Position numbers and translations under genes: made by a program. From the NCBI GenBank assembly GCA_030265395.1, contig JARFYF010000112.1, positions 28,943,196 through 29,007,195 of the forward strand: a DNA stretch of 64,000 nucleotides, given 5' to 3'. Below the pieces are notes generated by a model. The model worked only from the letters and a program-made list of their open reading frames with translations. It searched no databases and was not told the DNA's origin. The number at the start of each line of letters is the position of its first letter. Position 1 is the stretch's first letter. Below are positions 26,346 through 38,390 of the stretch, piece after piece. The stretch comes from Rhina ancylostomus (lineage: Eukaryota).

Positions 26346-26699
26346 TCTTACAATTCCACTGATAGTAATTCATATCCAATATAAGGTTCTTGGATCAATT
26401 ACTAATCAACCAGATGCTAAGCTGATGGTTTACAACTGTTCTCTATTTTATAATGTTAAAAATCGATAATTACCTTGTATAACAAAACAGTTTCCTGGCA
26501 TAAAAATGCCTTATATATTCTGATAAGCTTTTCTTTTTAGTGATTGAACTAACAATGATGTAGTGGCTATTAGAATTCAATGCAGGAATGTCCTCTCAGA
26601 GAAATTACTGATGTACTTAGCTTAAGCTACAGTTTCTGCACTACAGCTGTCACAGATGGGCCTGACATAAAGGCAGGATGATTGTCAGTGCCTAAGTCC

Positions 26700-27450
26700 T
26701 TCAGAGAGAGTGCAAAGGCACAATGATCTGAAGTGATAGATTAAAGAAAGCAACGGTATCAGTGACGAGGCCAAATTTTACATCTGGGGCTCATGCAGAA
26801 ATTGTCGCAGTTACAATGAGAGGATTTCATTACAGAAGGAAAAAATTCTTATTGGTATTGTATGGGCCCTTGGTAGATCACACTAGAGTATTGTGTACAG
26901 TTTTGATCTCCTTACCCAAGAAAGGATGTACTTTGCATAGAGGGAGCACAGTGAAGATTCACTAGATTCGTTCTAAGAGTCAGTAGATTGGGACTGCATT
27001 ATCTAGAGTTCCAAAATTCTTAAAGGGTATGACAGGTGAGATGTAGAGAGGAGGTGCCCTTGACTGTGGAGTTCTGGACCGGGGGCACAATTTAAGAACA
27101 AGAGGTAGGTTGTTCAGCACTAAGATAAGGATAAGGACACTGTTTCTTCATTCAAACAGTAGTGAATCGTTGGAATTCTCTCCCCTGGAGAGCTGTGGAG
27201 GCTTGGTTGTTGTGTTCATTCAAAACAGAGGTTAATAGATTTCTGGAACTTAAGGGAATTGAGGGATATTACAACAGTGCTAGAAAATGGCGTTGTGGTA
27301 GAAGCTCAGCTGTGACCTCGATGAATGGTGGAGCAGGCTCATAGGGCTAAGTGGCCTCGGTTTAAAAGACATTTGGACAGGTACTTGGATAGGAAACGTG
27401 TAGAGTAATACAGGCCTCATGTGGGCAAATAGGATTAGTGTAGACAGATG
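26700..27450 (+). mobile_element. Degenerate CR1 LINE 3' part
   Basis: VNRWNSLPWRAVEA..FKTEVNRFL motif and CACACTAGAGTATTGTGTACAG. Confidence 0.85.
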
Positions 27451-28199
27451 TTACAATCTCTACGTTGCAGCATGTGAGAAAACCTCCGGCCCTGGTCTTT
27501 GTTGCAGGTAGCAAAATTTGGATTTGCTGAACAGTGAAATATACTAGATTTAAAAATACAGCTTCTTAACGCTGGGTTACCTATCCAGAATGCATATTGA
27601 ATACTTTTTTTAAATATGTCAATTATGTGAATTAAAAACTTAACTCCCAGAGCCTATAACTCCTTTACTAAAACTGGGTAATGATGACAAGCACGTGTAA
27701 CATTTTCTACTTTCTGTGTCTTAAGCGAAAGTTTGTGAAAGCTTTAAACCATTTCACAGGGAAGATATCAAAAAGGAGCCTTGGGGTTTAACGAATATAG
27801 AGCTTGCCAATATCGACATGAATCCTCTTATTATCCATTCCTGCAGTCCACAGGCCTGACTTTAAATTTAGCAACCTTTACAAGACCCACTTCCAGCTGT
27901 TGCCAAGGCATTTTACACTATACAAGCCACTAAAATTAATTTTCCCAAGGACAGCCGCACCAGCCTGTTTTTTGAACGGGGCTTGATACTGAATCCCACT
28001 AATCCTTTTATTAATAATGGACAGAAGTGAATTTTCCAGAGACTTTCATTTCAACTCTATGCCATTTTAAAGTCTTTTTTCTTTTTATCTCTATCTTTAC
28101 CTATAGCTGGGTTCCATCATACTAGTGTCAATCTGTAGTAGGGAGTTGGTGTTGCCAGCTTGAGTGGACATTTTCTTGGCAGTTTCAGCAGGGACAATC

Positions 28200-28380
28200 T
28201 ATCTGTTGGCTGGTAGGTTACTTGACTAGTGTGAATTACCCTATGATAATGGTTGACAAGAGAATCGGGCCTGCGTGAGAGAACAGGTTACAGGGGTTAT
28301 GGGGTAATGATAATTCTGACAGCTGGCATAGACTTGATGGGCAGAATGCCCTCCTACATTGCAAGGAAATAAGGTATGAA
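28200..28380 (+). mobile_element. SINE/CR1-type 3' fragment
   Basis: GGTAGGTTACTTGAC..GAATTACCC and GGCATAGACTTGATGGGCAGAATGCCCTCCT tail. Confidence 0.5.
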
Positions 28381-28454
28381 ATGCCCCAGCTTGACAAGTA
28401 CAACCTCTTTTTGAGACCAATATTTTATATCATTAAATCATCAAAAGAAAAATG

Positions 28455-28698
28455 AAAAAAAACAGCAAGTTGCTGGAGGAAATCAGCAGGTCAGGCAGCA
28501 TCCGTGGAGAAAAACAGACGGTCAATGTTTCGGGTCAGGTCCCTTCTTCATTAATGACCCGAAGATTTCTTCTTTGGGTCCTGACCCAAAACATTGACCG
28601 TCTGTTTTTCTCCAGGGATGCTGCCTGACCATTTGAGTTTCTCCAGCGTCTTGCTGTTTTATCATCTAGATTCCAGCATCTGCAATCCTTTATTTCTC
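28455..28698. repeat. Palindromic Penelope-associated element (about 85-bp arms)
   Basis: GGTCAGGCAGCATCCGTGGAGAAAAACAGACGGTCAATGTTTCGGGTCAGG is inverted as CCTGACCCAAAACATTGACCGTCTGTTTTTCTCCAGGGATGCTGCCTGACC. Confidence 0.85.
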
Positions 28699-28855
28699 CA
28701 TGAAAAATACACTAATTTTTCAGCACTCCAATGATTTTTCTCCCAGGGTTTTCTTTGTACTGTTCAGGAAATGGGTTTGCCATGGATTTTTTTTTTAATT
28801 TCTGGAGAATTAGTAATCCTCATTGTGACCAGTTCAAGAAATACCTTGAGCTCAC

Positions 28856-28985
28856 ATGGTCCTCCGAGCAATGAGAATCCAGTGTAATTCTGTGGAAAGT
28901 TCTAATTCTTTGGGTTCTGTTAAGGCACAGTGTGTTTCAGCACAGGATGTGGTGCACACCGAGTGCAGTGTCTTTATAGTTTGGT
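28856..28985 (-). CDS. Weak candidate internal exon (QTIKTLHSVCTTSCAETHCALTEPKELELSTELHWILIARRT), product unknown
   Basis: Minus acceptor CCTTACTTATCACAG|, donor |GTGAGC, 130 nt, only one of three frames open (phase 1 in, phase 2 out). Confidence 0.25.
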
Positions 28986-29346
28986 CTGTGATAAGTAAGG
29001 TGACAATTTTATTTACGATATTTGATTGTATAATTTGGATAAGGGTAAGAAGGAAGTTCTGCTGTAGTAAAAAGAGTAGCCAGCATCCAAATTAAAAAAG
29101 AAGATCCACAAAGTTAATAATCTCTTGATTAATACCTGAGCAATGTTGNNNNNNNNNNNNNNNNNNNNNNNNNNNNNNNNNNNNNNNNNNNNNNNNNNNN
29201 NNNNNNNNNNNNNNNNNNNNNNNNNNNNNNNNNNNNNNNNNNNNNNNNAAAAAGCAGATCCACAAAGTTAATAATCTCTGGATTACTACCTGAGCCATGT
29301 TGCAAATTGGCATGGTTTGAATAAAATCAGGGAAATGAATGGGAGG

Positions 29347-29449
29347 CAAAATGTCAGTCCTGATGCAGGGTTTTGACCCAAAATGTCGACAATTCCTTTC
29401 CTCCTACAGATGCTGCCTGACCCACTGAGTTCCTCCAGCAGTTTGTTAT
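29347..29449 (+). mobile_element. Short Penelope-type unit with 12-bp TSD
   Basis: ATGAATGGGAGG at 29335-29346 and 29450-29461; contains CAGTCCTGATGCAGGGTTTTGACCCAAAATGTCGAC. Confidence 0.8.
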
Positions 29450-29719
29450 ATGAATGGGAGGATTGAAGGTTGGAGGAATAGATCTCAATTAATAGAGTCC
29501 TGGTGCGAGAAGTGGGCTTCACTTGAATTGGCTGACTGGAACCAGTATTGATTAACTAGGACTGTAGATCAGGCTATAAACAAGATAGTTGGTAGGGGTG
29601 GGGGGGGGTGGAAGTTGGACAGAGATGGTAGGTAGGTTCTGAGTGGGTAGCAAAATGGGTAATGAGAACCAAAGTCTGTCAGGGAGGAACAGAGCATAAA
29701 CCTTAAATTAAAATCAGAG

Positions 29720-30260
29720 TACGGCAAAGGTGTAAAAGAAATAGCCGAGAGTTCTTCATTTGCTAATGCATGCAGCACTTGTAATGAAGTAATGACAGAA
29801 ATAAGTGGGTACAATCTAATAGCTGTTATGGAAATTAGGTTACAAACTGTCAATGAAATTAAATATTGGAATTAAAAATAACTTGTAAAAGAGATAGGCA
29901 AAATGGAAAGGGAGGAGGTGTACCCTGATAATGAAGGCAGGAGGGAAAGGATCTTGGCTTGGCAAATCAGAAAGCAAAATTGGTTTGGCTGAGAAAAAGC
30001 AAAGGGCAGAGAGCATTGGTGGGAGCTGTCTGTGGGACATCAAAGTACATACACTATATGTGGCATAATATAAATCAAAACTTAGACATGCACATAACAA
30101 GAGTAATGTAATATTCATGCAGGACTATGTGTAGAGCAGTAAGAGCATAGGGAACAAATTCTTGGAGTGCATAAGGAATTATGTTCTTGATCAGGCTACT
30201 TTAGATCTAATATTGTACAATGAAGAAGGGTCATTTAAATAATCTGATAGGCTGTTGGGG
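29720..30260 (+). mobile_element. Degenerate CR1 ORF2 endonuclease region
   Basis: GCTAATGCATGCAGC...TACAATCTAATAGCTGTTATGGAA (NARS..YD.IAITE-like), AAAGGGAGGAGGTG (KGGG), GCTACTTTAGATCTAATATTG (A.LDL.L). Confidence 0.6.
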
Positions 30261-30451
30261 TCATATATCCCTGCTGATATATTACTCCCAGTGCCATGAG
30301 CTGGGGGTTTGGAGGTCCTGTTAGAAGGGAAGTAGGGGGTCCAAGGAGCACAGGGAAGTTTTAAAAAAGTTAACTTCAGGAACAAGTGAGTAATAAGTGG
30401 ATACAATCTAAAAACAGTGCATTGTATCTCAAGTGGTAATTTGAAAACATA

Positions 30452-30565
30452 AGAGATGCAGATGCCAGAATCTGGAGCAAAACATAAACTGCTGGAGGAA
30501 TTCAGCGGGTCAAGCAGCATATGTGGAGATAGCGGGATAGTTGATGGTTTGGGTTGAGGTCCTGC
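30452..30565 (-). mobile_element. Short Penelope-type unit with 13-bp TSD
   Basis: ATTTGAAAACATA at 30439-30451 and 30566-30578; GCAGATGCCAGAATCTGGAGC..GCTGGAGGAATTCAGCGGGTC. Confidence 0.8.
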
Positions 30566-31899
30566 ATTTGAAAACATAGTTGTTCTGGGAGTGACCCAAA
30601 ATGGTTGCTGCTCAAAACAACATGCCCTCGATTCCCAGGAACACTCCAAAGGCCACCTTATTCCAAACAAGTCTTGCGTAGGAGTGATATCATCCCTTGT
30701 GCAACTGGCCTGGAAATCACATTGTTAGCTAAGGATGAACTTTGATTGGAAGTGGCATGATTCAACCCAGAAATGCTAGTCTGGAAATAGTAGGTGTTCT
30801 AGTATACAGTTTTAGCCTTTTTAGTTAGGGAGACATGTACTTCCATTGGAGGTTTTTCGGAGAAGGTTCACTTGGTTGATTCCTGGAATGAAATGGTTAC
30901 AATCACAATCCACTCTGAAACAAGACATTTTCAAACAAGCACTGCTGAATTTCAAATGAATTTCTAGGTCTCCACTCCATGCTTTTCAGGTACAAAGAAT
31001 AAGAACTCAGTTGCCTACACTGACTCCACTTGTCAGGGATTAGTTACTTAAGCAAGTATTCTCCCGTCTTTCCTAATGACCCTGTAATTTATTTAATCAT
31101 TTCAAATCCACTTCTTTTTTCAAAGTTACTCCTTTATCTGCTTTCACCATCATTTCAGGTATTGCATTTAAGGTCACAACAAAATCTTATCATCTTCCCT
31201 CGGGTTCTTTTGCTTGAATCTAGCACAGCAAAGGTATCTAACTTAAGAGTCATGCTGTCAATTTTGTCAATGCAATTACATGACTCAATTTAGTAGCAGA
31301 TCATAGCTTCCCTCCTTCATTTCTAAGGAAGCCTATTTAGTTAAGGGTACAATAAAGGTAATTTTGTTGAAGTGCAGATTTCCATTCCATGCACACAACG
31401 CACATGTAAATGCTTCATGTTTTCCTTTGCAAGTGCTAATCTGTTAATTATTTATCCAAAAGCGTCATTTTAACATCTCATTATTTCTGAACTATCGACA
31501 TTCTGGCAGGGCAAATGTTTAACTCCTCAGAACTAGTTTAAATCCTTCCAGTCATTGTAAATGCAAAATACTTCTCTCTGAATGTATTTCTGTTAGCACA
31601 GCACTGTGTGCTCATTAAAAAACGTACCTAATACCAAAAAATAGTAGTTAGTCATTTGGCAGAAATGGACTCCACCCATCTTGGATTTCTTGTTATCTTC
31701 CTGTTAACAGACATAAACCCAAGGTCTGTTTTCGCTTTCTACATATGTAAAAGCCAGGATTATACTTTACCCATTTTTTTAAGAGAAAGAAATATGAATG
31801 AGTAATTGGAGACACATGAGACTACAGATGCTGTAATCTGGAGCAAAAAAACTACACAGGAGTCTCTCTGGTGCCTGATGCAGGGAAAGTCTGTGCAAG

Positions 31900-32820
31900 G
31901 ATCCACCTCCTCCCAGTGGCCAATCTGTAGGAGGATTCCCTTCGGGCACAGTGGACATCATCTTCGGTGTATAACAACTCCAGAAGACATGTATAGAATG
32001 GCACCATCCACTAAGTGTGCTCTTTTTCAACTAAAGCCTTCCACTTCATTAGCTGGCAGGGTCTATGGAGCATACTCCTCAAATTCAGCAAAAATTCATG
32101 TCTGCTTTGTGATGGCATACAAGCAATGATCCTGACCAATGCATCCACAAGAAAGCCAATCTCAATGCAGACTGATGTCAAGCAAGGCTTCACCATCACC
32201 CCAAGACTTTTTCCCACCTTTCTTACCGCAATGTTGCACCTCACCTCCAACAAACTTCGCACTGCAATGGAACTGATACATAGGATTGTTCAACATACTG
32301 CATCTACAGTCCAGAAACAGGATCAAACCATCCTCAGTAGCCAAACAGCTGTAGGAAAGCAACATTTGCAATTGCACACATCTGGAGGTTGAGCATCAAG
32401 TCTTTGTTGTCCATGTTACCATCATTCATCGTTTGCTGAAGCACACAATAGGACCAACCTGGCTCCACCCTTTTACAATAAAAGTTCACAGCAAGATCCT
32501 GGAAGGTAGACCACTCTCATATTTTGCCACCTTTCAGCAAAGGCAAACATTGATGACGTAATCCATCAATATCTTCAGAACACCAACACCATCTCTAGCC
32601 AACTGAGGAGAAGGGTGTTTGAGTATCAAAATCTCAAACCTGGCACAAAACTCATGATCTATCAGGTAGCAGTAATCCCTGACCTTCTATTTGTCTCTGA
32701 GACTTTGACTATCTACAGAAGGCATCTAAAGGCATTGGTAAGATAAAGGCAACACTGTCTGCAAAATCCTCCAAGTCTAACGGAACCAATGTCTCTGTGC
32801 TCTCCTAGGCCAACATCATA
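31900..32820 (+). mobile_element. RTE-clade (BovB/Expander-like) LINE RT remnant, preceded by a Penelope-type unit at 31808-31885
   Basis: ORF 32015..32392 LWSILLKF...TDVKQGFTITPRLFPTFLTAML matches the RTE motif GVKQGCV.APTLF.IF..AML; downstream IDDVIH and TKLMIYQVAVIP. Confidence 0.8.
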
Positions 32821-33439
32821 TTCGGTTGGCTAGAAATTTCTATGTGTAATTTTTTTCAGCTTTATGCCTCTGAATATTAATTTTTCCATTATGGAATGTG
32901 TCTGAACAATTTTTCAGTTTGAATCACACCACTCTGGAAATTCAGTGGGGTATCTCTGCTACAAATCATGCATCTGATAAGATTTCCACATTAGACATAT
33001 TAAATGACATCATTCGCAAAGCTTTACTAGGGAACTTTATGCCTGTTATTCTGAGGTTCACTCACATTGGGCACTCCCTCAATAACCATGGTTAGTGACA
33101 CTGTCTGTACTGGAGCGCCTCCCCTGGCGGGTCGCTTTGCATACTTCCACTCATTTGTACGAGTCCTCATCCCTCAGTGTACTAACCACCACCAAAATCA
33201 TCACTCTATGCTTTAACCTCCCACACACCTTCTAAAACCCACAATTCCCACAATATGCAACCCCTCCTGATTCACAACTCCCCAATTTCCTGGTTGACAC
33301 CAAATGCTTCCTGCACCCATAAGCACGACTTACCCCATCCCCACATCTCCCTTCCACCCATCCCTCAGTTATGCCCCCCTTTCTCCCCTCACCATCACCA
33401 TCCCCACCCACCTAGAAGTCCAAATCTTATAACATATCA

Positions 33440-33785
33440 ATAACTTTTATTTTTACAGTGCATTTGGTGTACAAGAACATCCCAAAGTTCTTTAGGGAAG
33501 CCTATCAACAAAATCTTTATACAGATACTTTACCAGTTATTAGGTTAATGACCAAAAGTTTAGTCAAAGAAATAGCTTTGAAGGAGCATTTTAAAGGAGT
33601 AAAGAGAGAAGCAATCACCTGCTTGCCAGCTCTTGATTTACCTCTTCCCCTCGCCTATTTATGCTGGCTACCCTCTCCTCTATCTTTCAGTTGACTGCAA
33701 ACATCGACTGCTCATTTCCCATCTGCAGATCTGCCTGACCTGCTGAGTTCCTCCAGTATTTTGTTTGTTGCCTGAGATTTCAGTA
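33440..33785. repeat. DeuSINE-type tail (minus) followed by a Penelope-type unit
   Basis: AACATCCCAAAGTTCTTTA..ATGACCAAAAGTTTAGTCAAAGA; CTGCCTGACCTGCTGAGTTCCTCCAG. Confidence 0.6.
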
Positions 33786-34769
33786 AAGAATTCTTGATTT
33801 TTTTTAGCTGTGGGAGTTTAAGGCTTGTCTCTGGGTGAAAATGGAAAATACAAAAAAAAGGTAGAAATGGATAAGTACAGAGAAGTCAGAGGAGTGTAGG
33901 AATGAAGGAGGTTGCAGAGATAGAAAGACATTACTTAGGAGATCTTAAAAGAATGGCCTGCAGTAATATAGCATAGTTCAAATCCATGGCATATCATGTC
34001 TATTCATCCCCAACATTATGACACCATAGTAAGTAAAAATGGAAGAATTACCTTAATTTAAATGACATGAGTTTGAGGGGTTACCAGACTAGAGTTTCAG
34101 AAAATTCCAAAAGCCTATAAATTTGGTTAATGTTTTAAACTTTTGTCAGGGAGTTGAAAGAACTCACTGTATTGAATGAATCAAAGTTACAGTGGCCAAT
34201 ATTACAATCTGCCCAATGCACCTGTTGTCCTTTTCAGTTTATCTGAAAAATAGTTACCTGTAGTCCTTAACAACAGTATGGGAAATGACTTTGTTCTTTT
34301 TCAAAACTACAATTCATGCTATTGAAGTTTTTCATTAACCAGTTTAGAGCTCTGTGTCAAGTATCTCGAGAAAAATTTTTGATGGTTGTAACCAAAAACC
34401 AGCAGAAGGCTATTCAAAACAGCACTCTGGTGCTTCAATGTTTACACAGTATTAAAATGGTTTATCACTCCACATGACATCTGAGCTTGACAAACTGATA
34501 ATTGAGGAGCAATGCATGGCAGTTTGAAAGACTTGGTACTCAGGAGCATAATCAAACTGTACTTTCCTAGTTTAAACCTTAACAGACATTCCTTCACATT
34601 GTTAAAAACAAACAGATCCTCAGGAAAAAAAGGCAGAGGAAAATGAACAGTTTATAAAAAATCTATTACTTGAATCTTAATTCAACTTCTATATTGTTTA
34701 CCAGCAATGACAACATGGTTCATTTTAGTATCCATTATTATCAAAATAAAAGTTTTGGTTTATTAAGGT

Positions 34770-36365
34770 GCTATGAGCATCATTGGCAAGTTCAGGATTA
34801 GAATCACAATCTTAAACATTCACTAACTCCCCTTTCATTTCACCTCATTAACTGACCTCGAGAAGGCGATGGTTAGCTGTCTTCTTGAACCATAGCAACC
34901 TGTATGGTCAAGGCAGTTCCAAGGTACTCTTAGCTATGGACTTTCAAGATTTTACCACAGTAATAATGAAGGAATACATCCAAGACAGGATGCCATGTGG
35001 CTTGGTGATAGTGTCCCTGTCCACCAGTGTAACCAAGAAAATTGATGAAGGCAAGACAGCAGAATGGACACTGATAAGGCATTTGACAAGATCCCACATG
35101 ATAGGCTGATCTAGAAGATTAAGGCACATAGGATCCAAGGTGAGCTGGCTAATCAGATCCAAAATTGGCTTGGCAAGAGGAGGCAGAGGGTAGAGGTGGA
35201 AGGATGCTTTTCTGATTGGATGTCCGCGATCGGTGGCATATTACAGGGATCAGTGCTGGGACTCTCGTTGGTGATTTATATTAATGACTTGGATGTGATT
35301 ATAGGAGGTATGATTTGTAAGGAGGTAAGATTTGTAAGGAGGTATGATTTGTAAGTGTACGGATGACATAAAGTTAGTGGTATTGTGAATAGTGAAGAAG
35401 GTTGTCTAAGGCTACAATAGGAGATAGATCAGGTGGAATGTCAGGTAGAGTGTTAGTAGATAGAATTTAATGTCAACAAGTGTGAAATGTTGCATTTTGG
35501 GAAGTTAAGTAGGAGGAGGACATTTTATGTTAATGATAGTGTGCTAAGGAATGTTGATGAACAGAGAGAAATCTTGGGATTCAAGTTCATTGTTCCTTGA
35601 AAGTGGCAACACAGGTAGATAGGCCAGTGAAAAAGATAAATGGCATGCTTGCATTCATAGATCGGGACACAGAATATAAAAGTCAGGATGTTATGTTTCA
35701 ATTTTACAAAACATTGGTCAGACTGCACTCGGAGTATTGTATCCATTTCTGGTCACCTCACTATAGGAAGGATGTGGTTGTGCTGGAGAGAATGCAGAAG
35801 AAATTCACTAGCATGTTGCCTGGATTGGAGGAATTATGGGGAGAGATTGGACAGCCTGCAATTGTTTTCCCTGGAGTGAAGGAGACTGGAGAGACCTTCA
35901 TAAGAGGCAATAGATAGGGTAGATAGAATATTTTTCTCATGGTAAAGATATCCAAAACAAGAGGGCATAGGGTTAAAGTGAGAGGAAGGAGTTTTAAAGG
36001 CATTTGAGGGGCTTTTTTTTTTACACAAAGTGTGGTTGATATCTGGAACTTGCTGCTGGAGGAGGTGGTGGAATCAGACACAATCACTAAGTTTAATGGA
36101 CATTTAGGCAGACAATTGAACAGGCAAGTAATAGAAGGATATCAACCTAGTCTGGGAGAGTCGCATTAGTGTATATGGCAAAGAAAGTCAGCATGGACGT
36201 GACAGACCAGAGGGCTGTACAACTCTATGATTCTATGACTACCTGCTGCCCTTGTCTTTCATGGTAGTAGAGACCACTGTTTTGGAGGTGCTATTGAAGG
36301 AACCTGGGCAAATTGCTGAAAGGAACTATGTGGATGGTACCTGAGGGATTGAATGTTTAAGGCTG
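34770..36365 (-). mobile_element. Older LINE fragment split by the CR1 insertion at 35025-36238
   Basis: GAGAAGGCGATGGTTAGCTGTCTTCTTGAACC..GGTGATAGTGTCCC continues after the insert as CCTGCTGCCCTTGTCTTTCATGGTAGTAGAG. Confidence 0.65.
35025..36238 (+). mobile_element. CR1 LINE ORF2 RT to 3' tail
   Basis: KAFDKIPH, QGSVLG, ORF 35597..35917 (YKTLVRLHSEYCIHFWSPHYRKDV), (CTATGA(T))n tail. Confidence 0.95.
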
Positions 36366-36424
36366 TAATTGTATATAATATTCTTAGTTCATCTCACTTA
36401 TCAATATAACTAATTAGAAGATTA

Positions 36425-36700
36425 GATCATAAGACACCGGAGCATGGCTAGGCCAGACATTCCTTAGAACCTGCTCCAACATTAATTAGATCATGGCTGA
36501 CCTGATCTTTGGCTTCAACTCCATTTTTCTGTCCCATTCCCATAATCTTTGATTCCTCTTCTATGTATCCCAGTCTTAAATGTACTTAATATCTTAGTGT
36601 CCTCAATTTTCTGATGTAGAGAATTGCAAAGGTTCACAGTCCTCAGAGAGAAGATATTTCTCCTCATCTTACCCTGAGACTTTGCCCCAGTTCTAAATAA
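36425..36700 (-). mobile_element. CR1 LINE 3' fragment
   Basis: CATAAGAC..AGATCATGGCTGACCTG..AGAGAATTGCAAAGGTTCAC. Confidence 0.8.
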
Positions 36701-38019
36701 TTAATAGTTGTGCAGAAATATTACTTCAGCTGAATAGTTAATTGTTTGATCATTCCTCCAGTCATTTATTTAACCTTTTCTGCACTGAATTTGCTTTGCA
36801 ATTTTAAATGTGCAGACTTGCTGCTGTAATCTACATCTCTGTGATAGTACTGTTGCCTGAAGGAAGAAGAATCCTTTAACCTTCATTGACTTTCTGTAGA
36901 ATATTGCTGTTTAAACACTGCCTGCTGGGCACTTTAAATGCTGCAAATATTGCAATACATATTGAAGAGCCAATATTTCTGAAATAATTCACTATCTCCT
37001 AAAAAGTCAGGCAATAAAGTGCAAAACATTATTAGATTACATTTCACAAAACTCATATTTTTTGGCATGATTAATCTTACAGATACTAGCCTAAACTTTC
37101 AGAACCTGTGTCAGTGCTGAGGCCTTGAATCTGCTGCTAGAATGCATCTTCAATTTGCTAATTTTCCATATTTTGATATGCATGTTTAGTCATCATTTCT
37201 TAAAAATTGTACTGTTATAGAAATTGACTAGTAACTTTTAAAATCAGATATCTAGAACATAATGCATAAATAACATTAATTGATAGTAGATTATGTCAAT
37301 TGGTCAGGATGAAGAGGGGTGGAAGAGGTTTGTATGCAGCATAAATGCCAGCAGAGACCTTTGAGATGAATGGCCTGAATCTGCATTGTAGATTCCGTGG
37401 CCTCGAAAATTGTTTACACTCCGAACAAAATTGAAGCGAACGAATTTTCATTTATTTTGCAAAATATGTTCAGTGTCGAGCCAAAGTCAGGCTCAGTACA
37501 GCGTTGTGCAGAGAAACCTGACTATGCTGTTCTGTGCACCTCAAATTCTCAGTCTTTACACAGCTTTCAGTGTTAGGGTGACCCACAAAGCTGTTTCAAC
37601 AACATTAAAAAAGTGGTAAAACAATTTGCAGCACTGTGAATCAAAAGATTCAGATGCCATACAGCTTCACCTCACACTTCATAATCTAATCCAAACATTC
37701 TTGATCAATAACATTTACCTAATCTTCAATACTTGTACTTAAGCTAAATGATTTCAGTCCAATTGTTCCAAATTTCAAAAATATTCCTACCAGGCTCATA
37801 ACCTTGTCTTTTGTTTAAAACTTACTATTGGCTAGAGACAGGTCCAGCGCAGTGTAAAATACCAAAGTGATTTGGCCATTAGTAATCAAATCACAAGAAT
37901 GAAGACAACAAACGGTGGGGAAATGCAGAAGGCAAAAATGAAAGCAATAATGGATAAATGAGAGCTGTGTATATATAAAAGAAGTGGGAAGTACAAAGAT
38001 AGGTTACAGCAAAGACTTA

Positions 38020-38390
38020 ATTGCACCTGCCACATAAATATTGTGACTACAAGAGCAGGTCACCAGCACGCTGTAACATCTATGAAAAAAGAACACTACC
38101 GCAACTTGCTAAGGCTTTTTGACAGCATCCATAAAACCCACAATCACCACCACCTAAAAGGACCAGGGCAGCAGGCACATGGAACACCAATACTTGCAAT
38201 TTCCATTCACTTCACACATCATCCTGATTTGAAAGTTTATTGCCATTCCTTCATCGTCACTGGGTCAGTTTCCTGGAACTTCTTACCTAAGAGCACTCTG
38301 TGTGTCACCATACCATGGTGACTGCTGCAGTTCAAGAAGGGATCTTGCCACTACTTTCTCAGGGTCAACTTGGGATGTTGGCCTTGCTAA
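38020..38390 (+). mobile_element. 3' fragment of the second old LINE family
   Basis: ATTCCTTCATCGTCACTGGGTC..CCTGGAACT..CTGCAGTTCAAGAAG, similar to 59560-60060. Confidence 0.7.

Noticed and set aside
27725-27860. Plus-strand acceptor followed by short open frames
   Set aside because: No recognisable peptide or partner exon
30191-30670. 159-aa minus-strand ORF
   Set aside because: Crosses a Penelope-type insert and a CR1 remnant; no recognisable domain
33110-33132. CTCF-like motif GCCTCCCCTGGCGG
   Set aside because: Imperfect match that cannot be supported without motif scoring or ChIP data
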